NCBI GenBank assembly: GCA_018985225.1
Contig: JADGIF010000469.1
Span: 1-8,085 of the forward strand
Direction: 5' to 3'
Source: Amoeboradix gromovi X-113
Taxonomy: Eukaryota > Fungi > Sanchytriomycota
Length of the DNA: 8,085 nucleotides
Part shown: one piece after another, positions 1 through 6,987 of the stretch
How the letters are laid out: each line of letters starts with the position of its first letter
Numbering within the stretch: the first letter of the stretch is position 1
Notes under the pieces: model-generated
What the model saw: the letters and a program-made list of their open reading frames with translations, nothing else
Databases searched by the model: none
Told to the model about the DNA's origin: nothing
Position numbers and translations under genes: made by a program

Positions 1-82
1 TGAAAGAGATGTAGGGTCTTCTAGTTTTATTTTAAAAAGAGGAATACAATCAATGAAAGAAAATTGGTATAATAGAAGATCA

Positions 83-159
83 TTTATTAAGGATAGCATT
101 TCCTCCGTATGGTGCACATTTAAAAACGAGTTAGTCTAGTTTTTATATTTGGTGTCCCA
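83..159 (-). repeat. Left copy of a 77-bp inverted repeat, probable DNA-transposon/MITE terminus; the element probably continues through 1..82 and off the window
   Basis: 83..159 matches the reverse complement of 8009..8085 at 74/77 positions (mismatches at 91, 103, 118; 119..159 identical). On the minus strand it reads ...cctatcaat|GGGACACCAAATATAAAAACTAGACTAACTCGTTTTTAAA... The repeat is seen directly; the transposon identity is inference. Confidence 0.9.
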
Positions 160-190
160 TTGATAGGTACAAGATTTACTAATTAATAAT

Positions 191-1186
191 TTAAAAATCT
201 TCAAATAGATGCTGAAAAGAGTCCTCCTTGATGCTGTGAGTAGTATCTTCCTCTGGATAGACATCAAAGTATCTGGTATCTCCAGGGTGCGCCAATTTTG
301 GAATAATTGGAGGCGTTGACTGAAGGTTATTTACTTTTTCCCAATCGATAGACTCAAAAAACATATGATTTTTGACTCCCTTAGTACCATTTCGTAAGTT
401 GCCTAGTCTTTTACTTAAGTCGTGTTGAAGGAGGTGCTTCACTAAATCCTTAGCCACTGGATTTATGCTCGATGGAAATATTAGTTTTGCCTTCAATATT
501 TTCTCATAAATTCCGAAAGGATGGTCATCGTAGAACGGTGGATATCCTACTAGCATCTCAAATATTAGGATTCCCAAAGCATACCAGTCGACTGCCTTGC
601 CATGTCCTTTCCCTTTAATGATTTCCGGTGCTAAATACTCTGCAGTACCACACAAGGTATATGTGATATCTCCTTCTTTTACGTACTTTGCAAATCCAAA
701 GTCACATAGCTTTAAGTGACCGCGAGATGTTAGAAGTAAATTCTCCGGTTTGAGATCTCTGTATATAACACCTTGGCTATGCATAAACCCAATTGCAGCC
801 GTTAGTTCACTAGCATAAAAAAGAGTCATTGATAAGCTGAATTTGCCACGTTTCCGTAAATGTGAAAATAATTCCCCGCCTGGCACATAGTCCATAACCA
901 TATAAAGATTGGCAGTACTTTGGAAATGGTACAGAAGGTTAACTACAAACGGACTTTCCAGCTGCTGCAATACATTCTTCTCGTTCTGTACGTGCTCTAC
1001 CTGACGAAGCTTTACAATGTTCGTTTTTTGTAACACTTTCAGAGCGTAATACTGAAAAGGCGATAGTTTGGTTTTCGCAAATGCGCTAGGTTTAACCCTA
1101 CTTAGAAATACCCTTCCGAATGTTCCTGTTCCTATCGTAGTCATCAGTTCAAAATCATTGTAAGAAAATTCATCCTCCTTTGTCAT
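191..1186 (-). CDS. pkaC: cAMP-dependent protein kinase catalytic subunit (PKA-C/PRKX-like AGC Ser/Thr kinase), 331 aa, intronless
   Basis: Gly-rich loop GTGTFGRV, YALKVL (VAIK lysine), KLRQVEHVQNEK (helix C), YVPGGELFSHLR, catalytic YRDLKPEN, DFGFAK, activation loop TYTLCGTAEYLAPE, GHGKAVDW, GYPPF, AGC tail GDTRYFDVYPEE and terminal FxxF (FEDF*), which is the PKA-type C-terminus. Confidence 0.95.
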   Translation of the reverse strand: MTKEDEFSYNDFELMTTIGTGTFGRVFLSRVKPSAFAKTKLSPFQYYALKVLQKTNIVKLRQVEHVQNEKNVLQQLESPFVVNLLYHFQSTANLYMVMDYVPGGELFSHLRKRGKFSLSMTLFYASELTAAIGFMHSQGVIYRDLKPENLLLTSRGHLKLCDFGFAKYVKEGDITYTLCGTAEYLAPEIIKGKGHGKAVDWYALGILIFEMLVGYPPFYDDHPFGIYEKILKAKLIFPSSINPVAKDLVKHLLQHDLSKRLGNLRNGTKGVKNHMFFESIDWEKVNNLQSTPPIIPKLAHPGDTRYFDVYPEEDTTHSIKEDSFQHLFEDF

Positions 1187-1280
1187 GTTTGCACCCCTTG
1201 GCCATTGACGCTTTTCAGCGAATGTGTGAGGTGAAATACTTTAAGTTGATTTATTAATCGTCTCATATATGGGTTTTTTT

Positions 1281-1288
1281 ATGACGTA
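1281..1288. promoter_or_regulatory. CRE-like bZIP site ATGACGTA, about 95 nt upstream of the kinase ATG
   Basis: Matches the ATF/CREB-type TGACGT core. The identical 8-mer occurs in the same orientation at 6931..6938, upstream of the chitin synthase. Motif match only. Confidence 0.3.
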
Positions 1289-1399
1289 GTGATATAAAGC
1301 ATGGGCACCCAATGTGCTACTTGCTTGCGACTACAATACTATGGTCGATACACAACAATTTGGAACTGAAAAACCTCGCGAAAAGCCTAGCAGGAATAT

Positions 1400-1411
1400 T
1401 ACCACGTGGTA
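1400..1411. promoter_or_regulatory. 12-bp palindrome TACCACGTGGTA containing a CACGTG E-box (bHLH, Cbf1/Pho4-type site)
   Basis: Perfect palindrome in the kinase upstream region. CACGTG also occurs at 1512..1517 and 7810..7815, both intergenic. Motif match only. Confidence 0.3.
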
Positions 1412-1657
1412 TTGCATTACTTCTTAGAGTTTTTATTGTTAACCAACCTATGAAATGTCTCTAACGGGATTCTCCAGAAAAAGTTAAAGGTCTTTGCTAC
1501 TAATGAAGGAACACGTGAATCTCTGTGACTTATACGTTCAAGGTATTCTGTTCATTTCGCCATTGCATAAGTTTAATGAGACCAAAGAACTTTTAAATGC
1601 GGCTATATTAGCGCTTTCACAATATGAGAAATAAATAAAATCTTAAAATATTTATTA

Positions 1658-4600
1658 TTAAACTCCCAATATCTGATCAATACTCTTATTAATGAAATCT
1701 CTCTTTGCAGTCAAATCTACCCCAAATCTTCTACTCAAATCCTCTCTAACTTGCTTCTTTGTTATCGTCATCAAGTCTGCGTTGTTTATAATTCTCTCAA
1801 TTTCCATGTATAATTCCTGATCTGTTGGTCCGTAAGCACTGCTCACATTGCTCATTCCTCCCATTCCTTGAGATGGCATCTGTGACATCATTTGGGACAT
1901 TGGCACACCTCCCCCTAAACTTTGCAAATCTGGCTGCATACTCTGCTGCATACTGTACCTCTTTTCCTCATATCCCCCATACTCACTCTTGCTCATGCTG
2001 TTGCTGTTCGTATCGTCCCACAATTCCTGCTCATACTCACTGAATCTCTTTGCAGGGATCTCGTCCAAGTTAAACTTCTCTTGATCTTGTGTGTATATCT
2101 GTTTCTTCCCTCCTTCTCCTACTACTATTCTAGTATTACCCCAACTGAAGTCATCGAAATGCCAGAAACTGTACAGTGGCAGAAAGAATGAGAAGATTGG
2201 AATAGCTAAAATATATACAACCATCCACCCTAAATGCTGCCACTCTCTCTTTATTATAAATATCAATGCTTGTAAACCATAAATTGCTCCTAGTAAAATC
2301 AAAGAGATCAACGGAACAGGTGACGCCACACCTCGTACTTCAGCATCTATAACGACATATAATAAGTAAACCAAGTAACAAACAGCTGCGGGCTGTACTA
2401 AAGTAGCAAACAAATCAATAAAAACTACGAATCGCATGCTAAAACAACAAAAACCACACAGTTGAGGCAAATTAACTAACTCGGCCAGATTGTGCACTGT
2501 GCTGTTTATCCATCTTCTTCTTTGACTCAGCAAAACACTCCAGCGGTCAGGCGCATAAGTAGTGCATTGGGCATCTTGAGTAAATACCATTTTGTGATAA
2601 GGAAAATGCTTCAGCATGATTGTTGTCAAATATCTATCTTCTCCTAACGACAGCAAGTTCTTCTTGTGTAAAGTGTCCACATTACAATCACCATAATCCT
2701 TGATTATTTGATTAGCAATTAACAATGGACTATTCTTTAAAGGACTTCTCAATCTATACATACAAAAACACCCAGGTAAACAAGTTACACTGCCAAACAA
2801 CGATTCAAATGCTTTAGCCATGTGGTGACTTATGTAGTACTCATACACTTGAATCATTGTGGCCCACGATTCCTTCTCATTACTCAATTTAGTTTCCCCA
2901 CATAAGCCAGCAATCTTAGTATCATGAATCATAGCGCTAATCATTCTATTCAACGATTCATTTACAGGGATTGTATCTGCATCTACCATCAGCAAATACT
3001 CATAAAATGATGGACTGACGCCTATAACATGTTTAATTTGATGATACATTTCTAGCTCTAAAGGACTCATTGGAGTATCATAGTACACCTTGTTTAAGAA
3101 CCTCATAAGTATCATCTGAGAATCTCTTTTTCCTCTGTTTCCAGGCTTGATTCGTTCATTTGAAGTGCCAATTTTTACTATTACAATAAACGGCACCAAA
3201 TGGCCCATAACTTCATACAAACCGGTGTATACCTTCCCCATATTATGCTGTTTACTTCCTTCACCTATGGATTGGAAGGATAATGGCTCAGGGTCTAGGT
3301 TTGGATCAACTCCAAGAATATCCAAAACAATACGCGGAGTTGGTCTATCGTTTCCACTACCAACAATCATACCATCACAAGTAATAAACAGTAACTTACG
3401 CTTATCATCATACTGCAAAGAAGCCAAAGCTTCAATTGTGCGCTTTAAATTTTCCTCTCCCTCAGTGTAGCACGGCATTTGTAGAATAACAAACTTGTCA
3501 TGTTCTTCCGGTTCCCTACGGCTACCCAACTGCAGCGCTGCTAAGAACTTGAATCCAATGATACTGACTAGCAACACTGACGCTGCCAACAACAAGTAGT
3601 TGCTAAATTGACACCTGAAGCTACGACGTTTATCTACCACCCCAACCAAGAACAAATTGTTAAAGCAGTCCCGTAAATCGCTCCTGCTGTTCCATTGAGT
3701 CATAAATAGCGAGTTACTGCTAATATCGTTACCGCCATTGTTGTTCAAAAACTCAGTTAGCTGATCACCCAGAAATCTAAACTTAGAGTCACCAATCTTG
3801 CTCAAATAAACAGTCAAATCATAGACATTCTCATTCACTATAACCATCTGACGAGGCAAGAACTTGTCACTTAGTAGACCCTTCACAATGTCAGGATCCC
3901 ACCCAAGCATAAATTTCAAGTACTTTTTATTATTGAAAAAAGCATCCATTCTTTCCTCACCAACACTTCTACTGTCTCCACTAGTTGAAGATGCTTGATA
4001 CAAAGTAGCATGGCTGCTGAAGATCGCAGTACCATTTACTTTAGAAATATCTTTCGCGTCGACATCCAATTTGAGTCCTTTATCATTAACAAATGTGCAA
4101 TACGTGGCAGGAGTTCTTGGAAAACCTGCAGTGATATCTAAACCACCATACTGTTCATTTAATTGATCAATGTTGTGTTGAGCAGGGCTGATCTTGATAA
4201 GGTCGTTAAGAGAAACTATACGACCATAAGACGCAACAAATGGCTCATCTTTAGTGTTTTTAAAGTTTAGCTCGTACAAGGACAAAATGTCTTGCTTTGG
4301 GCATATTAAAGGGCCTAGACCGGCAATAAAGAACAACATCATAGCACACATTAGTAAGATAATCAAAACCAAAGCAACCTTTTCTCTCCATGCCATTTGA
4401 ACGTCTGGCCTCTTCATCCCGCACATTTTGATACAGAAAGTAGGGATCCACCATGTCAAACACCAGGTACAACAAACCCATCTTCTTCTCATATTACTTT
4501 GAGAGGTAAGTTCCACATCGTAGTCACCTTGTCCTATAATGTCACCATGCTCATTTCGGAACACACCACTTGCAACACTGGATTGCTCACTCATCAATGT

Positions 4601-6733
4601 ACTCAAGTCACTCATTTGAGATTGATCTTCATCATAAACACTATCACTACAAGTAGATTCATCTGCATCGCTATAAGTGCTATTAGAATCTATTCTATGT
4701 GCAAACAACTCAGACTCGTTTGCATTGCTATAGTGCTGTAGCTTACGAGATAAGAACTCCAATTGTTGATATGATATTCCATTTAGCAGCAAACAATTAT
4801 TACCCAAAAATGTGTTATTTGCACTTCCCGTACTGTTTAGCTCATCAATAAGTGCACTTGTTTGCTGCTTGGGAGTCCAGCTCTCATTGATATTGTATGA
4901 TCTTAATACATCACGATAGCGATCGATAAAATTACGATAACTTATAAAATGCGAAAAGTCATTAATCTGTTGACATTGAGCAACAACAGCATCAAGACTA
5001 TAGTGAGCAACTTGTTGTTTCAGTAGTTTGGAGTCAATCTTGTTGTTGTTAATGGACAAATCAATTGCAACTACAAACCACGGCTGCGCACTCTTCAATT
5101 TGGACATTAGAGCAGACATGCAGTCCTTAACAGTATTGACAATATTAGTAGCATCATCAAGTGCCAGCATGTGGTGGTTATTCAAATTATCCAGCGATTT
5201 GTTACTAAACAGCTTGAGCAATAAAGGGTCTAGTGAAGCACCAAACTCTGCACTACCGTTTATCATAGACACAATATCACTACTAATTGCGATTGAGTTA
5301 TTAACGAGCAATCTAGCATCGTAGGTGCATTGACCCCAATACTGATTAATAGTTATGGACGTGTTTGTAGACTCAATGAAGCTAGGATTGTCTTGGTGCT
5401 CTGCTACTACCACACTAATTAAACTGCCCACAGTTAATCCGCTGCTAGTTGTAGAGGAAATGAGCTCATTTAAGCCGTGGTCTTCATTAAGCAATAGCTG
5501 AATCTGATTGTCGTTGTTTTTAACTTCTATTCGCTGAAATACGAGTCCTTCATTCTGAAATAGTTCTAATTGATCTTTGAAGATGGTGCTAAGAAAACCA
5601 GAGTGAATGAGTTCATTAAACTCATTACTTAACAAATTGTAGAGATCATTCTTTTTGTTGTTTACAGGGATGATAGGATCTAACAGCAACAATGAATTAA
5701 CTCCTTTTAGAGATTTGCACTTTTTATTCATATAATCGAGTAACCAAGAACTCAACATATGAAAAAGCAGCTGCATCAAATAAAATAAATTGTCTTGGGC
5801 CGATTTGACGTCCAAAAGAACACTGCAGTATTCATTACCAATCTTAGATTGCTTAACTAGTAATGCTGTTTCTAATGACTTCGGAGGAATCGACAACAGC
5901 TGAGAGACAAACTCGATATCAGACTTAATATAAGCAACGTTATTGTTATCAGTAGGGTGCTGCTCAAACTCGACGTTTCCCAAGTGAAGGATTGCGGATA
6001 ACAATCGATAGATGTGATGGATGGTTTTATCGCTCATTGAAATAGATTGAAATGCTTCATTTACATCATGGAACAAGTACTTGTCACTAGGTTTAGTGTC
6101 TGTACAAAAGAAGGGTTGGTTTAAGTTAAATTCTTTCTTTATCTGGTGATCAACACCGCTCAACAAAGCATGGAAAATCGATGCAGTACGTTGCTCAAAC
6201 TGAATTTTAGGGAGCAAAAACTCGTGCAATTGTCCACCAACAACTCTACCCTTTTCGTTCATATTGAATTCCAAACAACAGCCAGACTCACTGGATGTTT
6301 TAGTTGTAAAAGCTTTAAAGATCGTGTAAGCAGACTTTAATTTGGAATGGATCTTTTCATTACGCTTTGTCTGTTGCATTGGTGACCCCAATAAGCAGAT
6401 ATAATCTAAACTGGCTTCCATGATGACTTGTTTTGCTTTATCATCAAAACCATTGAGAATGACCGCTTGATCCTTACCAGTACGGCGAAGGCTCAAATAA
6501 GCACGGTTTATCAGTGTAAACAGATGGTCATCGACCCATTTCAAACCACTAGAATCTTTATAGCCTTTTAAAAAGTCAGTTGGATCACAAATACTGGTAA
6601 TACCACTAGCTAATACCACACGGGAACCGATACTAATGAAAGAGTTAGGATTGGTCTTTAGTTGTAAAGCTACCTGTTCACGAGAAACCTCTTCTAAATC
6701 CAACAAATTAGTCAACTTTTTGGGTTTGGGCAT
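1658..6733 (-). CDS. chs: Chitin synthase with N-terminal myosin motor-like domain (division 2, class V/VII architecture; degenerate motor as in class VII/CsmB-like), 1691 aa, intronless
   Basis: The N-terminal ~660 aa are myosin-head-like (AYLSLRRTGKDQAVIL, LLSAILHLGNVEF, PWFVVAI). These are followed by RRRWVCCTWCLTWW..DVQMAWREK plus a TM helix, cytochrome b5-like segments (e.g. VNENVYDLT) and the GT2 chitin synthase core (PCYTEG, CDGMIVGSGND, GNRGKRDSQ, MVDADT, LPGCF, LGEDRYL with EDR at 2633..2641, QRRRW at 2510..2524). After TM helices come DDFSWGNTR and a C-terminal DEK_C domain (PTDQEL...ADLMTITKKQVR..L...FGVDL..KRDFIN). AATAAA follows the stop (1651..1656). Confidence 0.96.
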   Translation of the reverse strand: MPKPKKLTNLLDLEEVSREQVALQLKTNPNSFISIGSRVVLASGITSICDPTDFLKGYKDSSGLKWVDDHLFTLINRAYLSLRRTGKDQAVILNGFDDKAKQVIMEASLDYICLLGSPMQQTKRNEKIHSKLKSAYTIFKAFTTKTSSESGCCLEFNMNEKGRVVGGQLHEFLLPKIQFEQRTASIFHALLSGVDHQIKKEFNLNQPFFCTDTKPSDKYLFHDVNEAFQSISMSDKTIHHIYRLLSAILHLGNVEFEQHPTDNNNVAYIKSDIEFVSQLLSIPPKSLETALLVKQSKIGNEYCSVLLDVKSAQDNLFYLMQLLFHMLSSWLLDYMNKKCKSLKGVNSLLLLDPIIPVNNKKNDLYNLLSNEFNELIHSGFLSTIFKDQLELFQNEGLVFQRIEVKNNDNQIQLLLNEDHGLNELISSTTSSGLTVGSLISVVVAEHQDNPSFIESTNTSITINQYWGQCTYDARLLVNNSIAISSDIVSMINGSAEFGASLDPLLLKLFSNKSLDNLNNHHMLALDDATNIVNTVKDCMSALMSKLKSAQPWFVVAIDLSINNNKIDSKLLKQQVAHYSLDAVVAQCQQINDFSHFISYRNFIDRYRDVLRSYNINESWTPKQQTSALIDELNSTGSANNTFLGNNCLLLNGISYQQLEFLSRKLQHYSNANESELFAHRIDSNSTYSDADESTCSDSVYDEDQSQMSDLSTLMSEQSSVASGVFRNEHGDIIGQGDYDVELTSQSNMRRRWVCCTWCLTWWIPTFCIKMCGMKRPDVQMAWREKVALVLIILLMCAMMLFFIAGLGPLICPKQDILSLYELNFKNTKDEPFVASYGRIVSLNDLIKISPAQHNIDQLNEQYGGLDITAGFPRTPATYCTFVNDKGLKLDVDAKDISKVNGTAIFSSHATLYQASSTSGDSRSVGEERMDAFFNNKKYLKFMLGWDPDIVKGLLSDKFLPRQMVIVNENVYDLTVYLSKIGDSKFRFLGDQLTEFLNNNGGNDISSNSLFMTQWNSRSDLRDCFNNLFLVGVVDKRRSFRCQFSNYLLLAASVLLVSIIGFKFLAALQLGSRREPEEHDKFVILQMPCYTEGEENLKRTIEALASLQYDDKRKLLFITCDGMIVGSGNDRPTPRIVLDILGVDPNLDPEPLSFQSIGEGSKQHNMGKVYTGLYEVMGHLVPFIVIVKIGTSNERIKPGNRGKRDSQMILMRFLNKVYYDTPMSPLELEMYHQIKHVIGVSPSFYEYLLMVDADTIPVNESLNRMISAMIHDTKIAGLCGETKLSNEKESWATMIQVYEYYISHHMAKAFESLFGSVTCLPGCFCMYRLRSPLKNSPLLIANQIIKDYGDCNVDTLHKKNLLSLGEDRYLTTIMLKHFPYHKMVFTQDAQCTTYAPDRWSVLLSQRRRWINSTVHNLAELVNLPQLCGFCCFSMRFVVFIDLFATLVQPAAVCYLVYLLYVVIDAEVRGVASPVPLISLILLGAIYGLQALIFIIKREWQHLGWMVVYILAIPIFSFFLPLYSFWHFDDFSWGNTRIVVGEGGKKQIYTQDQEKFNLDEIPAKRFSEYEQELWDDTNSNSMSKSEYGGYEEKRYSMQQSMQPDLQSLGGGVPMSQMMSQMPSQGMGGMSNVSSAYGPTDQELYMEIERIINNADLMTITKKQVREDLSRRFGVDLTAKRDFINKSIDQILGV

Positions 6734-6930
6734 TGTGTTTCAATGGGAGGTATCGATCAGATGATGATAGGTAAATCAAGGAGTAGATGGGAGTTTTTCA
6801 CAGTAATGCGTGAACATGGTTGGTGTTCAAAAACTAAAAATACTAATCGGCGATTTTGTGCTAATATGAAATCTGCTTAGAACTTTCAACGTTGATTGTG
6901 GAAAATTCAAAATCCGAAACCGACTGATTC

Positions 6931-6938
6931 ATGACGTA
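6931..6938. promoter_or_regulatory. CRE-like bZIP site ATGACGTA, about 200 nt upstream of the chitin synthase ATG
   Basis: Identical to 1281..1288. Lies in the 254-bp spacer between EB1 and the chitin synthase. Motif match only. Confidence 0.3.
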
Positions 6939-6987
6939 AACGTTGTAATACGCCAAGGTCATATTGTTTAAACATTTCACGAGTTTA

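Noticed and set aside
1098-1111. Intron-like GTATTTCTAAGTAG (14 nt) in the kinase gene
   Set aside because: It encodes the conserved residues after the Gly-rich loop (GRVFLSR), and removing it would break an intact reading frame.
1840-1960. Short repeats (GCTGCATACT twice; SMQQSMQP, MSQMMSQM)
   Set aside because: Ordinary low-complexity M/Q/S/G linker before the DEK_C domain, not a separate repeat element.
1825-6340. Short ORFs 1825..2043, 1922..2191, 2091..2282, 3147..3470, 4260..4481, 4397..4741, 5028..5324 and 6146..6340
   Set aside because: All are antisense or off-frame shadows within the chitin synthase CDS, with no recognisable motifs.
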